This document shows positions 13,346-25,730 of a stretch of DNA of 64,000 nt, in pieces. The notes under the pieces were generated by a model. The model did no database searches and was not told where the DNA came from. It worked only from the letters and a program-made list of their open reading frames with translations. Origin of the DNA: Eledone cirrhosa (lineage: Eukaryota); the NCBI GenBank assembly GCA_964016885.1, contig OZ024740.1:203918001-203982000 (forward strand). Direction: 5' to 3'. The first letter of the stretch is position 1, and each line of letters begins with the position of its first letter. The translations under genes were made by a program, and so were the position numbers.

Positions 13346-14074
13346 TCAATCCGGAGCTTTGTAGTTATGCAATAGGTGTTTCGAGACGTGTGGACAACGT
13401 GTGAAAAATTCATTTCTCGTGTTTAGGCAATCACTATTGCATAATCTCTTTAGAATATTTATTCGTTCGTCAATACACAGTCCACACGACGGATTTCCCC
13501 TTGCGTATGGCTTGGACTTAGTGATGGCTTTCCATTGAATGGAGTAGTCTATACTTGAGTCCTTGAGGGACCATACGTGGCTCGCGAGTTTCGTGGATGA
13601 ACGTCTGTCTGGGTACCTAAAGGTCGACGGATGGTTCAGGAAACGTTCCTTAAATCGGCCCTCCACCATGCCCACAGAGGGTTTGACCTTCTGTGGTTGG
13701 TTTGGTCGGTTGGAAGTGACCACAGCTTCATAAATTACAGTTGGTGTGTTGCATTGCTGTTGAAGGGGGCAAGCTTCGGGCTTACGGCAAGAGCACCCTG
13801 GTGGGGTTTTACTCCTGGGGCTGCTGGTGATGTGGGCATTCATGTTCTTAGCGCAGGAGTATCCTAGTTTTACTTTGTGTCGGTTAAAGATGGAGCTGTA
13901 TTTATGACCTATGGGAAAGTGTCTATCTAAGAGGGCTAGAAATGTTTTGCCTACATTGGTTTTAACGTTGAGTGAGAAGGAAGGAGAGAACCAGATAGTT
14001 TGTCTATTGTTGCGCTTTCTTTTCTTAGAAAGCGCAACAATAGACAAACTTTCTTTATTTAGAAAGCGCAACAA
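13346..14074 (-). pseudogene. Penelope-like retroelement C-terminus: thumb/linker plus GIY-YIG endonuclease (5'-truncated, no RT core)
   Basis: WFSPSFS..VKTNVGK.FL.LLDRHFP, CSCR..CPL...C....VIYEA, VGMVEGRFKERF.NH, LASHVW.LK, C.LC..E, LNTR.E...CPH motifs typical of Penelope-like endonucleases. Confidence 0.88.
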
Positions 14075-14260
14075 TTTTTTGGTTAAATCACCGATGAGTA
14101 GATCGATGCTGAAGTTAAGTGTTGTTTCTTCACTGCTTTACGACTTGAGAACGTATAAACAAATCTTTTCTAACTAGTTTAAAGAAGAAACCTCGGACGC
14201 GTGACCGATTACAACTACTACCATCTTATTACTGCCAAAAGCCCTTATTAGTACGGTCGA

Positions 14261-14416
14261 CAGACTGAACGAAACCACGTTTCCTGTTGTGTAATCTCTG
14301 CTTTACCTCACATAATTTAACATATACGTACCGTGTAAAGTGGAAGGAGACCTCTCGTTACCCAATTCTCCTTATGCTGCTAAAAGAACTAAATTTTATG
14401 AGATTAATATATAGTA

Positions 14417-14506
<90 letters not shown>

Positions 14507-14689
14507 ACTACGACCACTCATTGACTGCGACACTACTATATATTAATCTCATAAACTTTAGTTCTTTTAGCTGCATAAGGTGAATTGGGTAACGAGAGGT
14601 CTCCTTCCACTTTACACGGTACGTATATGTTGAATTATGTGAGGTAAAGCAGAGATTACACAACAGGAAACGTGGTTTCGTTCAGTCTG
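14261..14689. repeat. Near-perfect 160-bp inverted repeat (14261-14420 / 14530-14689) around a (TA)n spacer
   Basis: CAGACTGAACGAAACCACG...GTAGTGT mirrored by ACACTAC...CGTGGTTTCGTTCAGTCTG with few mismatches. Confidence 0.92.
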
Positions 14690-15024
14690 GGGATGGGGGA
14701 GGGGGGACAAAATTTGGTCAATTTAGTTATAGTGATTAGTTTAGCTCTTTGCACTCTAAAATGGCCAGAAAACTTCGATATCCGATAAACATAACGTACA
14801 TAAATTGAAGCGCATATCTAAATAGATGTGTGTTTTGGAAGTTTTAGGAGAAAAATATGAATGGGGACACACACACACACACACACCCCACTTCTAGTTC
14901 CACCACCCCTGTATATATATAATCTAAAAACAGTTATGCTCTGTACCCTTTCCTGAGGGGTTAATATATCAAGCTTTTTAGCATTAGGTAATAAACTGGT
15001 ATCATATCCAATTTATTCATCTCG

Positions 15025-15059
<35 letters not shown>

Positions 15060-15061
<2 letters not shown>

Positions 15062-15612
15062 TCATTAACACCAACCTCTCCCTCTCTCTTTCAAAACACC
15101 TCTCTATATCAATTAACACCAAACTTTCCCCCTCTCTATATCTACTACACAGAATTCTCTTCCAATACCCCTCTCTCTATGAATTAACACCAAACTCTCC
15201 CCCTCTATATATCTATGAATGCATTTCTCTATCAATCCTTTCACTCTTATACATTACCACCAAACTCCCATTCTGCATATCAACCGTACAACACTCTCCC
15301 AAATCCCTCTCTATATCAATTAAAACCACACTCTCCCCCTCTCTTTACCTACTACGTGGAACTCTGTTCCAATACCCTTCTCTATATCAATTAACACCAA
15401 ACTCTCTCCCTCTCTATATCTATTTCACATCATTCTCTTCCAATACCCTCTCTCTATCAATTAGCACCAAACTTTCCTCCTCTCTATATCTACTACACGA
15501 CATTCTCTTTCCCAAATCCTCCTCCCTGTATCAATAAACATCAACCTCTCCTCCTCTCTATATCAACCATACAACACTCTCTCGCAATCCCCTCTCTATA
15601 TCAATTACCACT
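15060..15612. repeat. C/T-rich ~71-bp minisatellite, left part (resumes at 20076-20268 after the LINE)
   Basis: CTCTCTATATCAATTAACACCAAACTCTCCCCTCTCTATATCTACTACACAGAACTCTCTTCCAATACC-like unit; AATTAACACC at 15111 and 15182. Confidence 0.85.
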
Positions 15613-16049
15613 TGATATAGACGCGAATTACTTCGCTCCGGATTTTTACGGATTATTGTAAAAAAAACTGTGAGTTCATTGCTCAATTTAATAGCATTGT
15701 TTAGTTTAACCCCTTGCCTGGGCCTTGAGACGTTGAGTCAACTAATTTTCGCCCCTTTCTGGGGCGAAATTTTCATTTTCATCTCAAAACTGTGTAGACT
15801 TGGTATCAGCAATGGATGCCATTTCCACCTCGCACACTGTCGTGAGTGCCAGGCCCACTAAGAAAAGTGGTGGAGGGAAGGTAGGAGTACAAAGCTTGCA
15901 GCCTCCCCCCCCCCCTCGCATTATCGAAAAACGTTGAAAATATTGAAACCACGAAACCAAACCCGGTAAATAATACCAGCACCAACAACAAGAACAATGA
16001 CAATAACACCACAACCAACAACTGCAACAATAGCAACACCAAGGAAAAC

Positions 16050-16949
16050 ATGAACAATATTACCAACAGTGACAACAACAGCAGCAACAAAAAAGACAAC
16101 AACACCAAAACAACATTCGCACAGACTGTAAAAAAAAACGAACTATACACGCCAATAGACATAACAAATGCTAAACAACTATTACAAGACGCAAAACAAT
16201 TCGTGAATTTTGGCGAAAACGGTGCTTTTAGCATCAATTCTCCACAGGAATTACGTAGAGAGGCTGTCCTGAAAACCACAGTTTTCAGGACAATATCGAA
16301 CGAAACAAGAAAACCAGCTCAATTATCACAAAATGAAATTAAGCTGGTTCTAAAAGATGCAATGAAGGACATAACCTTCATACAAAAAGGTAAACTGTTT
16401 GTTAGCATTTCGGTGCTAATGAACAACCAGTCAACAGCACAAAAGTACTTGGTATCACCCATTGTGTCCCCCCGCTTGACCTTTTTCCCCACATACAGGG
16501 GAAAAGGGACACAAAGAATAAAAATAATGAGTATAACACCAAATGTAAATATTTGGTGGATACTATGTGGAATCATTGACTTTGATGGAGACAAGATTAT
16601 TTCAATAAGAAAGTCCTCCGGAGGTGTATTTGGTGGGACCACCGTAGAAGTTCTGGTGCAAATGAGCCCAGAACGAATAGCGAATATCCCACAACGCGTG
16701 CCTCTGGACGGGCTAACTTATATAAATATTTCAGTGGAGAGAAGGCGGCCGTCATGTTGCCACTGCTTAAGCAGGGGTCTCATGAGGGCTGCCTGTCCTC
16801 AATTAACGAGTAAAAAAAAAGGCTCTTCTGCCAACCCCGAACACAACAACACAACCACCACCACCACCACCACCACAACAACAACAACCACAACAACACG
16901 GAAAAATAACAACACAAAACACTGTTCCACCCAACCCCTCCCCACCTAA
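16050..16949 (+). pseudogene. ORF1 (gag-like nucleic-acid-binding protein) of the Tx1-type LINE
   Basis: 299-aa ORF with degenerate CX2CX4HX4C knuckle (CCHCLSRGLMRAAC) and low-complexity N/T tracts; probably continues after a frameshift to ~17600. Confidence 0.7.
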
Positions 16950-17664
16950 AACAAATACAAAAGCAACCACAACAAAACCCCAAAATATACCCCTCCCCAA
17001 CAACACGGAAGAGGACTCCGTATCAACGTCACCCAGTGACGACGAGGGAGAACCCTTTCAACAGGTGAAAAGGAAAAAAAGGCACCACATTAACAAAAAT
17101 GCCACAAACATACAACCACCAGCACAAATAGAACAAACATCACAAATAAAAAACCCATCCCTCCCCAAAACATAACACATACTACAAAACGCAAACACGC
17201 ACAAGAACAACAAACAAAAACAAACACAACACAACAAAAACTCTATACTTACATTAACAAGAACAATAAAACGTTGATGAAAGCGATAGAAAATAACCCT
17301 TCGGTGGAAACCGAAGGGATCACTTTCACCTACGCAGCGAACAAACCGCACCTAATGATGATTAGGGTCCCAACGGAAACCTATGTAACTTTGAAAAAGA
17401 ACCATCCAATGCATGTGGGGACCAACTGCACCAAACCACTTAACAGCGTCCTATTGAGATGTTTCCCCACCTCCACACCGGACACCCACACCCCACCAAA
17501 CACCCTAATCCCACCACACACTGATGTCCTCACCCCCACCACAAACCACCACCCCACCAAACAACCCTTCCAACACCCCCATGGAAATTGTGCAGCCTGG
17601 TATCCAAGAGACGAAGAGGTAAGTAATTTCATTTCCTCTTCCTTTTTAACTCTTCAGCACCAAC

Positions 17665-19835
17665 ATGGCCAACATAAGAGTTGGATGTGTGAATGCATGC
17701 GACCTGGGGATGTCCTGGAAACAGGGCAAACTCTTAAATGACCTCAGGTCGCACAGAGTGGATGTAATGGTTATTTGCGAGTCCAGGATCAGCAGAGAGC
17801 GCCAACTGGCCCCCATCTTCGACGACTTTGAGATCTACGCATCTCTCTGTCAGCCGAGGGGTGGGGTGGGGTTGTCGTTCTGCTGCGAAAATACCTGGGT
17901 CTTGCCACACAGAAGGTACACCTGGACTCGGAGGGTCGACTGGTGGTTTTAGACGTCGGCAGTGGTGAAGGTGGAGCTTTCAAGCTGGTGGCAGCGTATG
18001 CCCCATCTGGGACACCGCGACCGGACTTCTTCCGACGCCTGGAGAATTTCCTGGGAACGTCTCGCTCCTTGCTTTTAGTGGGGGACTGGAATGGTATCCT
18101 GGATGCACGTTGGGACTATGTAGGGGCATGTCCCGATAGAGGGGATGAAACAGCCTCAAACGATTAATCGGCCGATTTGATCTGGCCGATAGATATCGAC
18201 TAGATTTTCCGACTGTGCCACTGTGGACGTGGACTAATGGCAGCGGAACATCTAGGTCGTACCTAGATAGGTTCCTAGTTAGAAATAAGGATAGGGACAT
18301 ATTAAGCTGTCCACGAATGTTCATGGTTGACTATTCGGATCACAAGTTGGTGACCGGAGTGGTCAACCTTGATAGAACTCATAGACAAGGACCCGGTTAC
18401 TGGAAGCTAAACTTGTCTTTACCGACAAACAAAGCTTACAGTAAGCGGATTAGCACACTAGTTAAGCAGCGTTTGATGGGGGCAATTGTCAACAGCAGGT
18501 GGTGGGGCTCTCTCAAGAGAGAAATTAGAATAGAATCGATAGGTTTTAGTCGAGAATTAGCATCAGATAGGAATAGAACTGAAAGGGAATTAACAAATAG
18601 AGTAGAAGAGGCGATTAGGAGGGGCAACGTGGCCGGCGTGCTGGCGTCAAGAACGGCCCTAGACCAGTTCTTTGATGCGAAGCACGAGGGCTGCGTTGTC
18701 AGGAGTAAAATACGTGCTCTGGGTAACGAGAGAGCCAAAGCTGTTAGCTGGGCCCGAGTGACAGAGGCAAAAAGTGGAAACAAGTCCACGATTCGGTCTT
18801 TGAAGGACCAGGATGGACGCGTGATCCTTGAACCGGAGCGGATGAGCGCGGCCTTTCAACGGCGCTTTGCACGACTGTTCTGGAGGGGCGGCGGGCCGGG
18901 TGGGGCCATGGATTTCGGTCCATACCTCGACGGTCTGGCGCGGCTCTCGGGCGGGGAGGCAAAGTCCTGCGAGAGGCCGATTTCAGCCGCTGAAATAGGG
19001 GAAGCGCTGAGCCAATGCGGCAAACGCAAATCTCCGGGTATCGATGGTCTACCATACGAACTTTATGTAGCGATGCCGGGCTTGTTCTTCGGTTTCCTCG
19101 AGGCGGTCTACTGCAACTGGCAACATTGAATGTGCCCAGGCGCTTACGGCCCTCTGGCAAGCGGATCCGGCAATCAGTGGAGACTCAACCTCAACATTCT
19201 ATCGAGGGTTGGTGCGCAGTAAGTGCGACGACGCTCTCAGAGAGGCTCTGGGGATGGAGGAAGACGAGCTGGCCAGTTTGTTCTGTAGGACGTTTGGCCC
19301 GGGACCGATGGACAACTTCCAAAAGTCCCTGGCTTGGAAATGTTACCGAGGAGCTCTACCCGTTCGGGACAAGCTCTACAGACACCGGCGCCCGGGTAGG
19401 GACCCCTCGAAGAAGATCTGTCCGAGATGCGTGCGTGACGAGGAAACCGTCGCACACGCATTCGTACACTGCCCGGGCGTTGCTGACCTGTGGGGCTATG
19501 TGGAACGACTACTGTCGCGGGTGGGACCAATCCGGTTGACCACCGAGAACATTGTCACGATCAAACCGCCTCCCTCTTTCAAAAACGAAGGAGAGGCGGT
19601 TTTCCTCTGTGTGATAGCTATGGCGAAAGAAGTTGTATGGTGGACAAGGTTGAAAGGGCTGAGGTCAGACACCTTTCTCTCCGGCCAACAACTGGTCTTT
19701 TTTTTCAAGTACCACTTTAGAAGAAGGATCAGAATGGAGAGAGAGGTGCTCTACCCCAGCAAGTTTTATGAAAGGTGGGTGAAAGTAGCTAGAATGACCC
19801 GAGTGAATGGGCCTTCTCTCTATATCAGCCTGTAG
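17665..19835 (+). pseudogene. ORF2 remnants: APE endonuclease, RT N-terminus and zf-RVT-like C-terminus
   Basis: GCVNA, DVMVICESR, YAPS, LVGDWN, WTW, SYLDRFLV, SDHK, GPGYWKLN, KSPGIDGLPYELY; then a jump near 19125 to WKCYRGALPV..CPRC..EETVAHAFVHC. Confidence 0.9.
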
Positions 19836-20075
19836 GTGAGAGAGGAGAAGAATGAGAAGAGGAAGGGAGCACCCGCTCTTTGTGCTCCTGAAGAGGAGGG
19901 TTGCACATTTCTTTCGGGGGTGTGTGCGACCCATGTCAACGCCTCTCCCTATTGAGGACATCGATTGTTAAATTTAATTTGTTATATGTTTTTTGCACGT
20001 CTTTTTAAATGTATGTAAACTCCCCCCTTTGTATTTGTCCCAATCTTTGATGCCCTGGTGGCAAATAAATAGAAA

Positions 20076-20268
20076 TTTATATCTACTACACAGAACTCTC
20101 TTCCCATCCCTCTCTCTATATCAATTATCACCAAACTCTTCCCCTCTCTATATCTGCTACAGGGAACTCTCTTCCAATACTCCTCTCTATATCAATTATC
20201 ACCAAACTCTTTCCCTCTCTATAGCTACTACACAGAACTCGCTTCCAATACCCCTCTCTATATCTACA
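20076..20268. repeat. Right part of the ~71-bp minisatellite
   Basis: Same unit as 15060-15612; AATTATCACC at 20123 and 20194. Confidence 0.85.
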
Positions 20269-20548
20269 AGTACATAAATTGTAGCGCATAAACAAATAGA
20301 TGTGTTTTGGTAGTTTGCGGCAAAAAATATAATCACGGTGGGGTGGGGGACATGCCCTCCCCCGTTCCCCACCTCTGTATATATATATTTATTTATATAT
20401 ATATTCTGTCATTACTACAACAGAGGTCCGAGGAGCTTTTGATTCCAGAGTCGGGCCAGATCGATACAGATCGACCCTTGAGCTGAACAATAGTGAAACG
20501 AGCGTCACCAATCAATATACATAATGAAAGCTTAAAATATCGTCCTTG

Positions 20549-20631
<83 letters not shown>

Positions 20632-20733
20632 AAAGGAATTCCATCTTTGTCTGATTTACTCGTTTTATTTACAATCCTTTAAAATTATAATGATATTATA
20701 ATGAAATAGTATGGTAAAATGTTAAATGTTAAT

Positions 20734-20772
20734 TGAACAAGTACTTTCATGCTTTCGCAATCTTCAGGTTCA
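20734..20772 (-). ncRNA. Minimal type I hammerhead ribozyme motif
   Basis: Minus strand TGAAC-CTGAAGA-TTGC(GAAA)GCAT-GAAA-GTAC-T-T-GTTCA; 5-bp stem I, GNRA-capped stem II, palindromic AGTACT; cassette lies between (TA)n tracts. Confidence 0.78.
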
Positions 20773-21816
20773 TATTCAGTGGTGACAGTCAAGTTGGCAA
20801 TTTTAAACTATATATATATATATAGTTTAAGGCCTCCTTCGGTCAAGGCTGACTATGGGTATACTTAAGAAAATTAACAAAGAAAGGACAAGACAACGAA
20901 CGGAAACAAAACAAATTAAAAAACTTTTTTTAAGGGGGAAACCTTAAATTAATTTTAAAATAAATATATAAACGAAGGACACAGAACTCCATGGTCATCG
21001 GCCGTTGAGATGGACTTGGGCAGTTTCGACCCCATCCGGGGTCACAACGTCTGACATAAACTAAACACTGTCCATAGGAGTAAGAAACGAAAGACAGTGT
21101 GTATATATATATATATATTCTTGTCTGACAATTGACTTAATCTTAGACCATGTGTTGTCTCCAGAACAATTATTACATTGAAGAGTCATCTTATTCATTT
21201 AAAATCACACAAAAACCATTAACTTTACTTTGTATCTATCATATATTTCTTAGTATCAATCGAATCCAGTACCGTACTACTGATGTATTGCTCAAGATAA
21301 ATATCACCATAACACATAGTATTTAAGATGTTCTCTCTAACATACAGTATTTAAGATGTTTTCTCTAAACGAAATTCGTTTCCCCGAACCAATTTCGTTA
21401 AATACATATAAATGGATTAACATGAAATAGAAAACCACTTGAACTTGAGTGCATAGATTTATACGTGTCATGAATTTAAGTTTGCTAGCTAAATATAGAC
21501 AAAGGATTATTAGAAAAACAAAAGAGGCATATTTCCAAAGTGTATAACTGGCATAAATAGCTAATGAAGTTATTTTCTACCCATCAAATCATTGAATATT
21601 TTATAAGCAATAATCATATTAGATCTACACTTTCAATCAAATGTTCAATTAATATTTGAACTAATCTGACAGAAACTGAACAACAATTTTAGTTTAATTT
21701 CCAAGTTATCAATAGGCCTTAGTTTTCCATAGCTCCTGGCTATGGCTATATCATATCAAATGCGACAGTAAATTAGAATGAGGCTTTCAATTTTATACTA
21801 CTGTATCTTATTGATA

Positions 21817-22010
21817 GGCGTTGAATCAGCAGAGTCGTAGTACGACGAATAGAGCGCTTTGCTGTACTCGTTCTCTCTGTGCTTTAAATTCAAATCATTC
21901 TGTGGTCAACTTTGCCTTTCATCCTTTCGAGGTCAACAAATAAAGTACCCGTCTAGAACCAGGGATTCTTCTTCTTCTTCTTCTTCTTCTTCTTCTTCTT
22001 CTTCTTCTTC
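21817..22010 (+). mobile_element. Meta-type SINE followed by (TTC)n
   Basis: AACTTTGCCTTTCATCCTTTCGAGGTC..AAATAAAGTACC. Confidence 0.7.
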
Positions 22011-22123
22011 TATAAATAACCAGCTTGACCAAAATTATTTGATTTTCCTGATGATTTTAAACGAATAAAACCGTTCTAGGCGTGCAAGAAGTCATTCTTA
22101 TATGATTATATATATATATATAT

Positions 22124-22325
22124 GAAAATCCACAGATCCTCCATCTCAATTCTACTTTTGAAAAGCACAAGAACTGCGAAACCGGTAAAGGAACCAAATA
22201 AATATATATATATTTTTAAAAAAGACTCCAGTTGTATTTTCGATTTCATCTTTTTTCCTTATACTTTCACTCGTGTAGGACATCTCATTTTTTCATCATT
22301 TTGTAAAGAAAACCTCACTTTCTAA
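22124..22325 (+). mobile_element. ~200-bp hammerhead-bearing element between (TA)n tracts (family also at 32810-33183)
   Basis: Closely matches 32977-33183; contains CTT-TTGAAAA-GCA(CAAGAAC)TGC-GAAA-CCGG-T-A-AAG at 22155-22190. Confidence 0.8.
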
Positions 22326-22339
22326 TATATATATATATA

Positions 22340-23231
22340 CAGGGTGTTCGGGATAAATTTGACAGAATAATATTTGGTTGTTTTTTCAGATGTTTTAAAT
22401 TCATTCATGCCCACTAGGCTTTATTTGAAAGTTTAAACCCTCCTTCATTCATATATGTGATGACAACGAGAATGGATGACTGGGAGCCACCTGAATCATG
22501 GAAGAGAATAACTTGTATCATGATGATTCGCGCCGGCCATCAAAATAAGGAGATTATGGTCGCTGCTCAATGCTCCCTGAACACTGTAAAAACAATCCGG
22601 CATGAACTGGATAATTGCAATGGAGACTACGAGGCTGTGGCTAGAAGAAAGAAACATAACAGAAGATCTGATTGCTCTCGCACAGCAGAATTCATCGAAA
22701 ATCTGCAGAAAAAAGTGTTGGAGGACCCTGGCATCGGAATTCGGTCTTTGTCGCGTGAATTGAATGTTTCAGCCTCTACTATGAAAATTGCACTCAATGA
22801 AGACCTTCGCTACTACTCATACAAGCGTCGCAGAGGTCAAAAATGGTTGTCAGCCAATTTTTACGACTACACCAGTCCCAATGTTTGGCCTCCGAACTCC
22901 CCTGATCTTAACCCGATGGACTATTATGTATGGGGCGCTGTAGAGAAAGACACCAATCGCCGTGCCAGTACTACAAAAGCCCAGTTAATCGACAGAATTA
23001 AAGTAGTTTTTGAGGGCCTTCCCAGGGAAAGTGTAAAATCAGCTTGCTCCAGGTTCTGGGCCTGGATTGAGGCTGTAATAGACGCTAATGGCGGTTATTT
23101 TGAGTAAAGCTCTTTGACAATAGTGTAATTTCCTTGTCCATTGAATTTCTTTTAAATCAAATAAATTTTGTAGATACCAAGCACTTTTTCTTTTTCCTGA
23201 TGAAACTGTCAAATTTATCCCGAACACCCTG
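22340..23231 (+). mobile_element. Tc1/mariner superfamily (DD37D/maT-like) transposon, internally deleted
   Basis: Perfect 26-bp TIRs CAGGGTGTTCGGGATAAATTTGACAG, flanking TA, transposase ORF inside. Confidence 0.93.
22457..23107 (+). CDS. Deleted transposase: HTH DNA-binding region fused in frame to the C-terminus
   Basis: 216-aa open frame; WPPNSPDLNPMDYYVW and terminal GGYFE present; the first two catalytic Asp regions are missing after YKRRRGQ. Confidence 0.8.
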   Translation: MMTTRMDDWEPPESWKRITCIMMIRAGHQNKEIMVAAQCSLNTVKTIRHELDNCNGDYEAVARRKKHNRRSDCSRTAEFIENLQKKVLEDPGIGIRSLSRELNVSASTMKIALNEDLRYYSYKRRRGQKWLSANFYDYTSPNVWPPNSPDLNPMDYYVWGAVEKDTNRRASTTKAQLIDRIKVVFEGLPRESVKSACSRFWAWIEAVIDANGGYFE

Positions 23232-23503
23232 TATATACAAGGGATTTAGTCCCCTTTCTTGACCGGTGTATTTTGTGATAATCTCTCCCTGCGCCTTTTT
23301 GAGATTTTCTCGCTTGCTACGAACGTGTCTGGAAAGCGCTCTTTCCCTGAGGAGTTCCCTTGAGAAGCTGGCTTACCTCACAACAATGTTACACCCCTAT
23401 AATGTAAAATTGTTACATACTGACCTGCGAAAGTGTAGTCAGGACATTGGGGGAAAATAGGTATATATCTGTGTCTATTACTTCTTCTTACTTTATAATT
23501 TGT

Positions 23504-23635
<132 letters not shown>

Positions 23636-23935
23636 AATATATATATACATGTGTCTGTACGTGCGTGTATATATAATATATATATATAAAGTAGAAGCCA
23701 GTAGGTTAGAATTTACCTAATTTTATTGATCTATTATATGCACATAAGGAAACAACGAAATATACTATCGGTTTCCTTTCGTAAATTTTTGAAGAGATGA
23801 AAAAATTAGTATTGTATGTATTCAATAGATTTACCTGTGGTGAGCTGCTGAATTTCATTGACTTAAAAAAAAAAATTAATAAACTGTTAAAGGTACCTGC
23901 GCACTTAGTCAGTTAGTAGTTAGAATGGCATGTGA

Positions 23936-24245
23936 AGGCACGTGGATTTATGGTTAGGGTATTCGGCTTATAATCCTATGGTTGAGAGCTCGATTCCTAA
24001 CGGCGCGTAATGTTCTTAAACAAGACACTTTATTTTCACATTGCTCCAGTTCCATCAGCTGGCAAAAATTAGTTATACCTGTAGTTCAACTGGCCAGCTT
24101 TGTCACATTCTGTGTCACGCTGAATATCCCTGAAAATTACGTTACGGGTACGCGTGTCTGTGGAATGCTCAGTCACTTGCACGTTAAATTAACGAGCATG
24201 TTATTCCAGATCAACTGGAACACTCGTCATCTTAACCGACGGTTA
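23936..24245 (+). mobile_element. CORE-type SINE, full length
   Basis: tRNA-like head with B-box-like GCTCGATTCC; CORE-like TTCTTAAACAAGACACTTTATTTTCACATTGCTCCAG. Confidence 0.8.
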
Positions 24246-25730
24246 CAATGGCACATGGACAGTTACAATAGCACATGGTATGAAAGTAAAAATGAGAGTG
24301 CAGTACTTTGATTCTTTACTAAACACTGCCTACGTGTGCTAATGGCCTCCGTTTCTCGATTTTTAAATATACTTTTAAAATGGTAATGTGATTTCAAAGA
24401 AGTGCTGTTGATGAAGACAACATCAAGAACACACCTATAAACTACATAACTACAAGCCACAAGCTTACAGAGGACTCCTTCAAAGTTCCCCAACGCCAGC
24501 ACACGGTTTTGTTATCGTCACCTGGAAACTGTCACAGTACTTTCAAAACACAGTCATGTTTCACTGAATTTTTGTTTCCTCTCGCCAGCGAGACTCTATT
24601 TGTATATATACTCTTCATGCAGAGGATTTTCGACTCACGGCCATTTAATACGGCCATTTAATACCCTCAGCGCCCCCACCCCTATTTCCAGAGAGACCTA
24701 CCTACACGTAAATTGTAAATAATATATGATAAATAAAATCGTTAATTTATATATAATGGGCACAATATATATATAATATATATAGGCACAAGGCCTGTAT
24801 ATATTATATACTAGTTGGCCCGTCCGGCTGGCGTCCGGCTAGATATACCGGCATTTTATCTTTTTAGGAATCCCCCTTACACTCTATGCAAAGATACCGC
24901 ACGCCCTCTCAAGTCAGTGAGGGTGGGTGGGGGTGGGGGGGTTGACGTGCTCTGATTTGGGTTTGAATAGTTTTTAGGATTCCCCAGTCCAGCAGTCAGT
25001 ACGTTAAAGATAATTGATAGTTACAACAATAAAGGCTGAACAGAGAACAAATCTTTTAAGAAACAATAATTTGTACAACCATAATGGAAATTCCAAGTAA
25101 CAGAAAATATTTAAATTACATTGTTAGAGCCTCAGAATATACAATATTTTTTGTTCGGTCCTCCGGAGCAAAGTTGAAGAAATTGTTTGGTGAACTCGCC
25201 CTAGAGCATCCTACATACAATTGACCATGGAAGAATCACTGATCTCTATTTTTTATTTTACTATATTTATATATAATATATATCATTTGATATTTAATAT
25301 ACTATTGTATCATGTCAACCGCCCCTCCTACCGCTCCCTTAGGCACCAGCGCTCCCCTGAAAATTCTCAGTACTCCTGGTAACGCCCACTTTGACAACCT
25401 CTGATCTAGCGAAATTTGCTAAATGAATATATTTCGAAAAGGAGATTTAATATAATCGAAAAATGTCCGTAACTTTCATCAAGTTCGGTTGTAGACAAGG
25501 TCAACTCCTACTTCATTGTCTTAAATTTTTCCAAAATACTTGAATCAACTAAAGCTGTTCTTTCCTTAGCTTGCTTTCCATCCATCATCATCCTAAAAGG
25601 ATATCGATCTTGCAGTTGCAGGGATTGTCTCGAAGTTTTTTCCCACTCACCATATTCAGACGGTGAGACTCGATTTGTATGTATGTATGTATGTATGTAT
25701 GTATGTATGTATGTATGTATGTATGTATGT

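Larger units (their letters stand above)
15620..20075 (+). mobile_element. Tx1/L1-clade non-LTR retrotransposon, frameshifted, with most of RT deleted
   Basis: Two-ORF layout: ORF1 with zinc knuckle, ORF2 with APE endonuclease and C-terminal Cys/His domain; 3' UTR ending AATAAATAG; interrupts a minisatellite. Confidence 0.88.

Noticed and set aside
15784-19961. Multiple antisense and alternate-frame ORFs over the Tx1 element (likewise over the R4 and mariner elements)
   Set aside because: Shadows of GC-richer coding sequence on the other strand or frame
20478-20512. CTGAACA...GAAACGAGCGTC hammerhead-like string; similar partial strings at 53297, 53590, 62571 and 63140
   Set aside because: Core box mismatched or missing and stem I does not close; may be decayed relatives but cannot be supported
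21015-21055. GACCCC-GGAT-GGGGTC-GAAAC hairpin on the minus strand
   Set aside because: Looks like stem II plus GAAA, but there is no CUGANGA box upstream
24395-24510. Possible third GIY-YIG remnant (…SLTEDSFKV.QRQH-like)
   Set aside because: Too short and degenerate to call without a profile search
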